Origin: Solirubrobacterales bacterium
Lineage (GTDB): Bacteria; Actinomycetota; Thermoleophilia; Solirubrobacterales; JBBDJG01
Assembly (NCBI GenBank): GCA_038330145.1
Contig: JBBQNR010000002.1
Coordinates: 16,542 to 80,541, forward strand
Length of the DNA: 64,000 nt
Direction: 5' to 3'
Shown: in pieces, positions 49,422 to 57,239 of the stretch
How the letters are laid out: every line of letters begins with the position of its first letter
Numbering within the stretch: position 1 is the stretch's first letter
The notes under the pieces: generated by a model
What the model was told of the DNA's origin: nothing
Seen by the model: the letters and a program-made list of their open reading frames with translations, nothing else
Databases searched by the model: none
Made by a program: the position numbers and the translations under genes

Positions 49422-49838
49422 CTAGCCGATCACCTGCACCATCACGGTGCGCTCCCGCGGCGTGTCGTCGAAGTCGATCAATACGAACTGTTGCCAGGTT
49501 CCCGTCTGAAGCTCGCCACCCTTGATCGGCGCGATCTCGGAGGGGCCGATCACCGCCGCGCGCAGGTGCGCGTGGGCATTGGTGTCTCCCGCCGTGCGGT
49601 TGTGGTGATAGTCGTGCCCGGCCGGCACCAGCTTCTCCATCAGCTCCTCGAGATCGAGCACACCGCCAGATTCGTACTCCATGAGGCTGATCGCGGCCGT
49701 GGAGTGGGCGACGAAGACGCTCACCAGGCCGTCCTCGATGCCCGCCATGTCGACGACCTCGAGCACGCCTCGGGTGATGTCGGTGATGTCGCCGTTACCC
49801 TCCGTGGAGACGCGGATCTGAGCGCTGTGAACGGCCAT
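49422..49838 (-). CDS. YjbQ/UPF0047 family protein (secondary thiamine-phosphate synthase family)
   Basis: The 138-aa ORF has the motifs HSTAAI and HNRTAGDTNAHAHL. Confidence 0.8.
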   Translation of the reverse strand: MAVHSAQIRVSTEGNGDITDITRGVLEVVDMAGIEDGLVSVFVAHSTAAISLMEYESGGVLDLEELMEKLVPAGHDYHHNRTAGDTNAHAHLRAAVIGPSEIAPIKGGELQTGTWQQFVLIDFDDTPRERTVMVQVIG

Positions 49839-49845
49839 CGGGTGG

Positions 49846-49851
49846 ACCCTA
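49846..49851 (-). promoter_or_regulatory. -10 box of leaderless yjbQ-family gene
   Basis: On the minus strand, TAGGGT is followed by 7 nt and then ATG (49838-49836). Confidence 0.4.
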
Positions 49852-49918
49852 ACCCACGGGGCGCCCGAGGCCGACAGCCCCGCGGCGCGGGGGAGGCCTT
49901 CGGCGCGAGCCCGAGGGC

Positions 49919-50866
49919 TCAGCCCATCGCGTCGGCGACGTCCCAGGCCTTGCCCGGCGCGATCACCTCGCGGAAGCGCTCGAGCTCGCCCGGGTCGATG
50001 CTGTAGCAGTGCTCGTCGGAGGGGAAGCTGCGTTCGCGGACCTCGCGTGCGAATGCGCTCACGCCCTCCACCATCGCGGGCTTGAGGTGTGCGTAGCGCT
50101 TGGCGAAACGCGGCGCGTGACCCTCATAGATCCCCAGCAGGTCGTGGAACACCAGCACCTGGCCGTCGGTCGCGGGGCCCGCGCCGATCCCGATCACCGG
50201 AACCTCCATTCGCTCCATGATCGTCTCGGTCACCGCTGCCGGGATCGCCTCGAAGACGATCGCAAAGCAGCCGGCGTTCTGGAGCGCGAGCGCGTCGTCT
50301 GCCACCTGCACCGCCTCGCGGGCGGTGCGTCCCTGGGCGCGATAGCCGCCCAGCGCCGTCGCGCTCTGCGGCGTCAGCCCGACGTGGCCCATCACCGGGA
50401 TGCCGGCCGCCGCTATCGCGTGGGCGCGGCTGACGCTCTCGTGCTTGTCGGCGAGGCCCGCGCCGAGGCCGGCCATCTCGACCTTGACCGCGTCGCAGCC
50501 TGCCTCCTTGACGAAGCGGGAGGCCGACTTGATTGCCTGCTTGCGGGAGCTCTGATAGCTGCCGAAGGGAAGGTCGCCGACCAGGAGGGGCGTGCGCAGG
50601 CCGCGCCGGGCGGCGGCGGCGAGCATCAGCATCTCGTCCATCGAGACCGGCACCGTGGACTCGTAGCCGAGCACGACGTTGGCGGCCGAGTCGCCGACCA
50701 GCACCACGTCCACGCCGGCCTGCTCGGCGACCTGGGCGCTGGGAAAGTCGTAGGCGGTCACCATCACGATCGGCTCGCCGGAGTGCTTCATCTCGGCAAG
50801 CCGGCGTACGGTCACGGCCGGTCGCTCGCTGGGCGGAGTGTCTGGTGTTCGAGGAGGCGTGCTCAT
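49919..50866 (-). CDS. panB: 3-methyl-2-oxobutanoate hydroxymethyltransferase
   Basis: PanB blocks are present (VTAYD, LVGDS, VKVE). Confidence 0.9.
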   Translation of the reverse strand: MSTPPRTPDTPPSERPAVTVRRLAEMKHSGEPIVMVTAYDFPSAQVAEQAGVDVVLVGDSAANVVLGYESTVPVSMDEMLMLAAAARRGLRTPLLVGDLPFGSYQSSRKQAIKSASRFVKEAGCDAVKVEMAGLGAGLADKHESVSRAHAIAAAGIPVMGHVGLTPQSATALGGYRAQGRTAREAVQVADDALALQNAGCFAIVFEAIPAAVTETIMERMEVPVIGIGAGPATDGQVLVFHDLLGIYEGHAPRFAKRYAHLKPAMVEGVSAFAREVRERSFPSDEHCYSIDPGELERFREVIAPGKAWDVADAMG

Positions 50867-50873
50867 CCCGGCC

Positions 50874-51251
50874 TCAGACCACGCTAGCCGGATCGGCGTC
50901 GACGCGCACGACTTCGTTTCCGGCGTCGACGTGGACGACCCTGGGCTCGAGCGTGTCCAGCTCCATCTCGTGGTACAGCCCGTAGGACACGATGATCACC
51001 CGGTCCCCCCGCTGGACCAGGCGGGCCGCAGCGCCGTTCACCTGCACCTCGCCGGAGCCGGCCGGGCCCTCGATCACATACGTCTCGAAGCGTTCCCCGT
51101 TGTCGACGTCGAGCACGTGGACCAGCTCGTTCGGCAGCAGGTCCGCGTGCTTCATCAGGGCCGAGTCGATCGTGATGCTGCCCGCGTAGTGAAGGTCGCA
51201 GGCCGTCACGGTCGCGCGATGGATCTTGGACTTCAACATCTGCCTGTGCAT
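50874..51251 (-). CDS. panD: Aspartate 1-decarboxylase
   Basis: It begins [12 protein letters not shown] and has the pyruvoyl-forming site in YAGSITID. Confidence 0.9.
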   Translation of the reverse strand: MHRQMLKSKIHRATVTACDLHYAGSITIDSALMKHADLLPNELVHVLDVDNGERFETYVIEGPAGSGEVQVNGAAARLVQRGDRVIIVSYGLYHEMELDTLEPRVVHVDAGNEVVRVDADPASVV

Positions 51252-51257
51252 GCGAGC

Positions 51258-52157
51258 TCAAACCCCCCTTGTCGTCGTGCGTCCCTGGGCGGTGCCGGCG
51301 GGCACGCTCACAATCGCGTTGTCGATCAGCCGCGTGCGCCCGACCCTGGCGGCGATCGCGATCAAGATTTCTTCTCCCTCCAGCCGCTCGAGCGGCGCCA
51401 GGTCACGCGCCGACACGACCTCGACGTACTCGGCCTCGACACCGGAGCGCTCCAGCTCCTCTCGCGCCAGCGTCGCGGCCGCGGCCGCGTCCAGCAGGCC
51501 GCCCGCGATCGCCTCCTGCGCCAGGGCGAGCCCGCGGCTGAGGCCAAGTGCGCTCTGCCTCTCGTCGTGGGACAAATGGGCGTTACGCGAGCTGAGCGCC
51601 AACCCGTCCGCGTCGCGGACCGTGGGGCAGACCTCGATCCTGACCGGGATGTCGAGATCCCGCACCAGGCGCCTGATCACCGCCGTCTGCTGGAAGTCCT
51701 TGGCGCCGAAGTAGGCGACGTCGGGGCCGCACATGTTGAGAAGCTTCGTGACCACCGTGGCCACGCCTCGGAAGTGCTCGGGTCCGCGCTGCTCCGGCGC
51801 CCCGCAGAGAGTCTCGCCGATGCCGGCCACCTCGACCGTGGTCGAGAACCCCTCGGGGTAGACCTCGTCGAACGACGGGGCGAACAGCACGTCTACTCGC
51901 TCCTGTCGAGCCAGCCCGGCGTCGCGCTCGAGGTCGCGCGGATAGCGCGCGAGGTCGTCGCCGTCTCCGAATTGACTGGGGTTCACGAACACGCTCACCA
52001 CGACCAGGTCGCAATCCTGCCGGGCGCGCCGGATCAGGCTCAGGTGACCGTCGTGGAAGGCGCCCATGGTCGGCACCAGGCCGACGGTTCTGTCGCCCTC
52101 GCGTCGAGTGGCTTCGACGGCGTCGCGAAGTTGCGCGACCGTATGAATGATCCTCAC
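51258..52157 (-). CDS. panC: Pantoate-beta-alanine ligase
   Basis: The motif VPTMGAFHDGHLSL is present. The start is inferred at GTG 52157, which is preceded by GGAGA. The ORF opens at 52241. Confidence 0.88.
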   Translation of the reverse strand: MRIIHTVAQLRDAVEATRREGDRTVGLVPTMGAFHDGHLSLIRRARQDCDLVVVSVFVNPSQFGDGDDLARYPRDLERDAGLARQERVDVLFAPSFDEVYPEGFSTTVEVAGIGETLCGAPEQRGPEHFRGVATVVTKLLNMCGPDVAYFGAKDFQQTAVIRRLVRDLDIPVRIEVCPTVRDADGLALSSRNAHLSHDERQSALGLSRGLALAQEAIAGGLLDAAAAATLAREELERSGVEAEYVEVVSARDLAPLERLEGEEILIAIAARVGRTRLIDNAIVSVPAGTAQGRTTTRGV

Positions 52158-52285
52158 GCGGTGTCTCCGTTCCAGTTCCCGGGTCGAGATACCAGACGGC
52201 GGTCTGCCTGTTCGCCCGCCTCGACCGGCCGCCGGGTCCATCCCTTACGGTGACGGCCCTGGCCCGAGCAGGCAGAGAAACTATA
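52158..52285 (-). promoter_or_regulatory. Putative panCDB promoter (-10 TATAGT at 52280-52285) and ~115-nt structured leader
   Basis: A minus-strand TATAGT is present. The leader contains nested complementary segments (CTGCCTG...CAGGCAG, GGTCGAG...CTCGACC). GGAGA lies 6 nt before GTG 52157. Confidence 0.4.
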
Positions 52286-52425
52286 GCCAGCGGCACAGAT
52301 CCGGCCGTCCGGGCGCCTTTGTGGGCGGCATGTCCAGGCCGGCCAGGCGCCCTTGCGCGAGACATCTACAGGCCTATGATGCGCCCCGTGCGCCGCGGCG
52401 CCCCGCTTCTATCCGTTCCGATTCC

Positions 52426-52431
52426 TAGCAT
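52426..52431 (+). promoter_or_regulatory. -10 box of leaderless udg
   Basis: TAGCAT is followed by 8 nt and then GTG 52440. Confidence 0.4.
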
Positions 52432-52439
52432 CAGCCACC

Positions 52440-53261
52440 GTGGCTACCGTCGACGCCGACACCCGCCGCCAGCAGCTGGTCGATTTCTGGCATGAGCTGC
52501 AGGACTGCCAGAAGTGCCCGCTCGCCGAAGGCCGCACACAGGTTGTGTTCGGGACCGGCAACGCCGACTCGGACCTGATGTTCGTGGGCGAGGCTCCCGG
52601 GTTCCACGAGGACCGTCAGGGAAAGCCGTTCGTGGGCCAGGCGGGCAAGCTGCTCGACAAGCTGTTGGCCGAGATCGGGCTCGAGCGCAAGCAGTGCTTC
52701 ATCGCCAACGTGCTCAAGTGCAGGCCACCGGGAAACCGCGACCCGCGCCCCGACGAGATCGACGCCTGCAAGGACCATCTCCTGAAGCAGATAGAGCTGA
52801 TTCAGCCCAAGGTCATCTGCACGCTCGGCAACTTCGCGACCAAGCTGCTGACGGGTCGCCCGGACGGCATCACCAAGGTGCACGGCACTCCGCAGACCCA
52901 CGAGATCGCCGGGCAGACGCTGTTCCTCTACCCGATCTTCCACCCCGCGGCGGCGCTCTACACGCCGGCCATGCTGGAGCAGCTGCGCGCCGATTTCGGC
53001 CGTATCCCGGAGTTGCTGAAAGCAAAGGCAGGAGGGACGACGCCTCCGAAGCTGGAGCGGCCGGTGCCTCCGGCGGTACCGGAGCCCACGCCTCCGCCGA
53101 TCCCCGAGCCAACCCCGCCGCCGATCCCGGAGCCAACGCCTCCGCCGATCCCGGAGCCAACGCCTCCGCCGATTCCCGAGCCGACGCCTCCCCCGGAGCT
53201 GGTCGGAGCGATGGCCGGCGCGGCCGAGAGCCCGGACGACGAGCAACTGGGCCTGTTCTAG
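52440..53261 (+). CDS. udg: Family-4-type uracil-DNA glycosylase with Pro-rich repeat tail
   Basis: The motifs GEAPG and CRPPGNRDP are present, with 4Fe-4S Cys residues. The C-terminus carries (PPPIPEPT)n. Confidence 0.85.
   Translation: MATVDADTRRQQLVDFWHELQDCQKCPLAEGRTQVVFGTGNADSDLMFVGEAPGFHEDRQGKPFVGQAGKLLDKLLAEIGLERKQCFIANVLKCRPPGNRDPRPDEIDACKDHLLKQIELIQPKVICTLGNFATKLLTGRPDGITKVHGTPQTHEIAGQTLFLYPIFHPAAALYTPAMLEQLRADFGRIPELLKAKAGGTTPPKLERPVPPAVPEPTPPPIPEPTPPPIPEPTPPPIPEPTPPPIPEPTPPPELVGAMAGAAESPDDEQLGLF
53094..53189 (+). repeat. In-frame 24-bp tandem repeat x4 in the udg 3' region, encoding (PPPIPEPT)n
   Basis: CCGCCGATCCC(C/G)GAGCCAAC(C/G)CC(G/T) units are read directly, and a partial unit precedes them. 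Confidence 0.8.
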
Positions 53262-53266
53262 GTAGT

Positions 53267-53292
53267 CCGGGCGCCGATGATCCGGCGCCAGG
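53267..53292 (+). terminator. Hairpin downstream of udg
   Basis: GGCGCCG-ATGATC-CGGCGCC is extended by CC/GG with one mismatch. Confidence 0.35.
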
Positions 53293-53321
53293 GCGGATGC
53301 AGCGGCCGCGCCATAACCATC

Positions 53322-53327
53322 TAGGCT
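53322..53327 (+). promoter_or_regulatory. -10 box of leaderless tsaE-tsaB-rimI-tsaD
   Basis: TAGGCT is followed by 6 nt and then ATG 53334. Confidence 0.4.
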
Positions 53328-53333
53328 CGTTCC

Positions 53334-53807
53334 ATGCCGGAGATCGAGCTCGACAGCGAGTCGGCCGAGCAGACCGAGCGCATAGCCGCATCGCTCGCCG
53401 AGGGACTGCAGACCGGCGACGTCGTGCTCGTGGCCGGCGACGTGGGAACCGGAAAGACGACCTTCGTCCGCGGCGCGTGCCGGGCGCTGGGCGTCTCCGG
53501 CACAGTCGCCAGCCCGTCGTTCGCGATCGGCAGGACCTATGACGGCAGTGTGGCCGTCTCGCACCTGGACCTTTTCCGGCTCGAGTCGCTCGATGACGAG
53601 GACCCGGCGCTGCTCGACGACTATCTCGCCCCCGACGCGGTGGCTTTCGTCGAGTGGCCGCAGGCCGCGGCTCCGAGGCTGGAGCCGGAGCGGGTGGCGC
53701 TGAGGGTCGATCTCTCGCACCGCGGCGGCGACCGCCGGGGGATTCGAGTCGAGGGCGCTACGCGGATGCTCCAGCTCGTGGGTGGAGACGTGCCTGACGT
53801 GCCATGA
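53334..53807 (+). CDS. tsaE: tRNA t6A ATPase TsaE
   Basis: It has the P-loop GDVGTGKTTFVRG. Confidence 0.85.
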   Translation: MPEIELDSESAEQTERIAASLAEGLQTGDVVLVAGDVGTGKTTFVRGACRALGVSGTVASPSFAIGRTYDGSVAVSHLDLFRLESLDDEDPALLDDYLAPDAVAFVEWPQAAAPRLEPERVALRVDLSHRGGDRRGIRVEGATRMLQLVGGDVPDVP

Positions 53808-54526
53808 CGACGATCGGCTTCGACACCTCGCTTGCCTCCACGACGGCCTGCATGCTGCGCGCCGACGGGCAGGCGTTCGCCACACCACCGCCTTCCGCCG
53901 AGCGGCTGCTCGGGCCGGCGGCCCATTCGCAGGAGCTGTTGCCCGAGCTGGAGCGGGTGATGAGCGAAGGCGGGGTCGGCTGGGGTGACGTGAGCACGAT
54001 CGCGGTCGGCGTCGGCCCGGGCACCTTCACCGGCTTGCGGATCGGAGTCGCGACGGCGAGGGCGCTGGCCCAGGCGCTCGCGCTGCCGGTGGCGCCGGTG
54101 TCGTCGCTCGAGGCGCTGGCAGCCGGCGCGGGCGAGCGCGGCGGCCTGGAGCGCGGCGATCCCGTGCTGGCGTTGATAGATGCGCGCCGCGGCCAGGTCT
54201 TCGCGGCGCTCTACCGTCACGGCCGGCGGCCGGAGCAGGTGTGGCAGCCGCAGGTGCTCGAGCCCGCCTCGTTGCTTGCACGTGTCGACGCGCTCGGCGC
54301 AACGCCGCTGGCGGCCGGAGACTGGGCGCTAAGATCTCGGCAGGAGCTGGAGCGTGTCGGTGCGCACGTTCCGGAGCCCGATTCGGGCCTTCACGCCGTC
54401 GATGCCGTCCAGGTCTGCAAGCTGGCTCGCGATGTCGAGCCGGTGGCGGCGAAGGAGGTCTATCCGGTCTACCTGCGGCTGCCGGACGCCGAGGTCAACA
54501 TGCGGCTCACACCACAAAAAGGTTGA
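53804..54526 (+). CDS. tsaB: tRNA t6A protein TsaB
   Basis: The block VGVGPGTFTGLRIGV is present. Confidence 0.85.
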   Translation: MTTIGFDTSLASTTACMLRADGQAFATPPPSAERLLGPAAHSQELLPELERVMSEGGVGWGDVSTIAVGVGPGTFTGLRIGVATARALAQALALPVAPVSSLEALAAGAGERGGLERGDPVLALIDARRGQVFAALYRHGRRPEQVWQPQVLEPASLLARVDALGATPLAAGDWALRSRQELERVGAHVPEPDSGLHAVDAVQVCKLARDVEPVAAKEVYPVYLRLPDAEVNMRLTPQKG

Positions 54527-54990
54527 TGGCGACGAGAATCGACGACCGGCCGCGCCTGGAGGTGGAGATCCGCCGCCTGGCGTACGCGGACCTCCCGTCC
54601 GTGATCGCGATCGAGCGCCGCTCCTTTCCGGCGCCGTGGTCGCTTGCGATGTTCGTGCTGGAGCTGTCGAAGCCGACCGGCAACTGCTTCGCGGCAGTGC
54701 ACGGTGGCGAATTGATCGGGTACCTCTTCTGCTCGCGCTACCACACGGTCTGGCACGTGATGAACATCGCGATCGACGCCGACTACCGCCGCAGGGGCGT
54801 GGCCACCGCGCTGATGGAGCGGTTGCTCGCCGAAACCGGCGACGGCGAGCGCTACACGCTCGAGGTCCGTGTCTCGAATGCCGAGGCGATCGCGATGTAC
54901 GAGTCGTTCGGGTTTCGAAGCGCCGGCGTGCGTTGTCGCTACTACCACGACAACAACGAGGATGCGCTCATCATGTGGCGCAGCCCGTGA
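54526..54990 (+). CDS. rimI: Ribosomal-protein-alanine N-acetyltransferase
   Basis: It has a GNAT motif (RRRGVATALM) and sits in the canonical tsaB-rimI-tsaD context. Confidence 0.8.
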   Translation: MATRIDDRPRLEVEIRRLAYADLPSVIAIERRSFPAPWSLAMFVLELSKPTGNCFAAVHGGELIGYLFCSRYHTVWHVMNIAIDADYRRRGVATALMERLLAETGDGERYTLEVRVSNAEAIAMYESFGFRSAGVRCRYYHDNNEDALIMWRSP

Positions 54991-56000
54991 CGTTGCCGCA
55001 GCGGCCCCTGCTGGCCTTAGAAACCTCCTGCGATGACACGTGCGCGGCTGTCGTCACGCCGGACGGGCAGATCCTCAGCAACGTGATCTCGTCGCAGGCT
55101 CGCTTCCACGAGCGCTACGGGGGAGTGGTGCCCGAGGTGGCGTCGCGCCACCACCTCGAGCTGGTGAATGCCGTCGTCGACGATGCTCTGGCGACTGCGG
55201 GCGTGTCCATCGGCGAGCTGGGTCGGGTCGCCGCCACCAGCGGCCCGGGGCTGATAGGGGCGCTTCTGATCGGGCTCTCGACAGCCAAGGCGCTGGCTGC
55301 GGCTGCCGGGCTGCCGTTCGTGCCGGTCGATCATCTGCAGGGGCACGTGGCGGCCAACTTCCTTGCTCCCGACGCGATCGAGCCGCCGTTCCTGTGCCTG
55401 GTCGCGAGCGGCGGCCACACGCTGCTGGCAGAGGTGGAGGACCCGGCTGGATACCGATTGCTGGGGGAGACCCGCGACGACGCCGCCGGCGAGGCCCTCG
55501 ACAAGGCGGGGCGGCTGCTCGGCCTCGGCTTCCCGGGCGGTGCCGCGATCGACCGCCTGGCCCACGAGGGCGACCCCCACGCCTTCGACTTTCCGGTCGG
55601 GATGCGCGACCGTTCGTCGCTCGACTTCAGCTTCAGCGGTCTGAAGACCGCCTTCGTCTACAAGGTCCGCGACCTCGGTACGGAGGCGGCCGTCGCTCGC
55701 AGGGCGGACCTCGCCGCCTCGTTCCAGAGCGCGGTCGTCGACGCCCTTGTCTGGAAGGTCGAGCGAGCGCTGGAGCAGACCGGCGCGCGCACGCTCGCGA
55801 TCGGCGGTGGCGTCGCGGCAAACTCGGAGCTGCGCGCCCGCCTGGGTGTTCTCGGCGCCGACCGCGGTCTGCGGCTCAAGGTGCCGCCGCCCGAGCTCTG
55901 CACCGACAACGCTGCCATGATCGCCTCCGCCGCGCGCTTCCTCGAGGTGGTGCCGCATCCGGGCTACCTCGGATTCGACGCCTTCGCACGGGCCGCCTGA
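54987..56000 (+). CDS. tsaD: tRNA N6-adenosine threonylcarbamoyltransferase
   Basis: The blocks LALETSCDDT and HH.E are present. The GTG start overlaps the rimI stop. Confidence 0.9.
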   Translation: MTLPQRPLLALETSCDDTCAAVVTPDGQILSNVISSQARFHERYGGVVPEVASRHHLELVNAVVDDALATAGVSIGELGRVAATSGPGLIGALLIGLSTAKALAAAAGLPFVPVDHLQGHVAANFLAPDAIEPPFLCLVASGGHTLLAEVEDPAGYRLLGETRDDAAGEALDKAGRLLGLGFPGGAAIDRLAHEGDPHAFDFPVGMRDRSSLDFSFSGLKTAFVYKVRDLGTEAAVARRADLAASFQSAVVDALVWKVERALEQTGARTLAIGGGVAANSELRARLGVLGADRGLRLKVPPPELCTDNAAMIASAARFLEVVPHPGYLGFDAFARAA

Positions 56001-56011
56001 CGCGCATGCCT

Positions 56012-56046
56012 GGACAGGCCGTTGCCCCGCAACGGCTATCCTGTCC
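56012..56046 (+). terminator. Nested hairpin downstream of tsaD
   Basis: The sequence is GGACAGG-CCGTTGC-CCC-GCAACGG-CTAT-CCTGTCC. Confidence 0.45.
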
Positions 56047-56131
56047 CGATCGGACGGGCGCGCTCGACGGAGCGCAGGAACGACGGCCAACCCCTACCCC
56101 CAGCTCGTCCCGTGTCAGCTTCGGTCCGCCG

Positions 56132-56365
56132 ATGTCCAAAGTGAAGCTCTACACGAAACCCGACTGCTGCCTGTGCGAGGAGGCCCTCGAAGTGATCGAG
56201 CAGGTGCGCAGTGAGCGACCCTTCGAGCTCGAGACGGTCGACATCAGCCTGCACGAAACGCTTGCCCGCGAGTACGGTGAGCGCATCCCAGTCGTCGCCG
56301 TGAACGGGGTCGATGCCTTCGAGTACCGCGTCGACGCCGAGCGGCTGAAGGAGCTTGTCGCTTGA
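56132..56365 (+). CDS. Glutaredoxin-like small protein (DUF836-type)
   Basis: The 77-aa ORF begins KLYTKPDCCLCEEA. Confidence 0.7.
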   Translation: MSKVKLYTKPDCCLCEEALEVIEQVRSERPFELETVDISLHETLAREYGERIPVVAVNGVDAFEYRVDAERLKELVA

Positions 56366-56390
56366 CCGCGCCGACGCGACACCGGATCCC

Positions 56391-57068
56391 ATGACCTTCC
56401 GCGAGGAGATTCTCGCTGCAGAGACGGAGCTCGACGACGCCAAGCCACTGACCGAGCGGCTCTCACTCGGCGTCGCAGCTCGTCTTTCGCGCTACCTCCA
56501 GGTGCTGACGCAGGCGAAAAAGATGGGCAAGGAGACGATCTCCTCCCAGGAGCTGTCGGACTACACGCACATCAACTCGACCCAGATCCGGCGCGATCTC
56601 TCGGGCTTCGGCAAGTTCGGCAAGCGGGGGGTTGGATACAACGTCGACTCGCTCGTCTCGCAGATTCGCAAGATCCTGCGCACGTCCGGGCAGCACAACA
56701 TCGCGCTCTTCGGCGCCGGCAACCTGGGCCAGGCGATCGCCAGCTCCGACATCTTCGCCGACCACGGGTTCCGGGTCGTGGCGATCTTCGACGTGGAGCC
56801 GAAGAAGGTGGGCAAGAAGGTGGGCACCCTCGAGGTGCGCGCCAACGGCTCGCTGCGCGAGGTGGTGGACGAGGAGGACATCGTCGTCGGCGTGCTCGCC
56901 GTCCCAGCCGCCGCGGCGCAGCAGGTGGCCGACGACCTGGTGGAAGCCGGCATCCGGATCATCTTCAACTACTCCGACGCGCTGCTCCAGGTGCCGCCCG
57001 ACGTAACTGTTCACACATCGAGCCCCGCGGTGGACCTGCTGTACGCGCTCTACTTCTACCTGACCTAG
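56391..57068 (+). CDS. rex: Redox-sensing transcriptional repressor Rex
   Basis: It has the wHTH sequence SSQELSDYTHINSTQIRRDLSGFGKFGKRGVGY and the Rossmann motif LFGAGNLG. An alternative TTG start lies at 56355. Confidence 0.88.
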   Translation: MTFREEILAAETELDDAKPLTERLSLGVAARLSRYLQVLTQAKKMGKETISSQELSDYTHINSTQIRRDLSGFGKFGKRGVGYNVDSLVSQIRKILRTSGQHNIALFGAGNLGQAIASSDIFADHGFRVVAIFDVEPKKVGKKVGTLEVRANGSLREVVDEEDIVVGVLAVPAAAAQQVADDLVEAGIRIIFNYSDALLQVPPDVTVHTSSPAVDLLYALYFYLT

Positions 57069-57232
57069 TGGCCTGTCTCGTAACGTCTCGCCGGAACCGG
57101 CGGTCTTCGGAACCGCCATGCAGCGTCCTCGGTCGCCCACGTACTCACCGAGTACGCGGGCTTCCTGCGTCCTTGCCTGGCGGCCCCGAAGCCTCGCCGT
57201 TCCCTGGCGACCGTTCCGAGCCAGACCACTAG
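57066..57232 (+). repeat. Family A structured intergenic element, full copy 3 (rex-GCS2 spacer)
   Basis: It runs from TAGTGGCC to GACCACTAG. The rex stop codon is the first three nt of the element. Confidence 0.85.
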
Positions 57233-57239
57233 CACTGCT

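Noticed and set aside
52182-52228. The panC leader contains GGCGAAC and CCGCC..CTGG strings reminiscent of the ZTP (pfl) riboswitch.
   Set aside because: The conserved GGGUCGUGAC-type segment and the pseudoknot arrangement are not recognisable. I regard the resemblance as superficial.
53076-53195. The regularly spaced 24-bp repeats could be mistaken for a CRISPR-like array.
   Set aside because: The units are contiguous with no spacers. They are in frame inside udg and encode PPPIPEPT.
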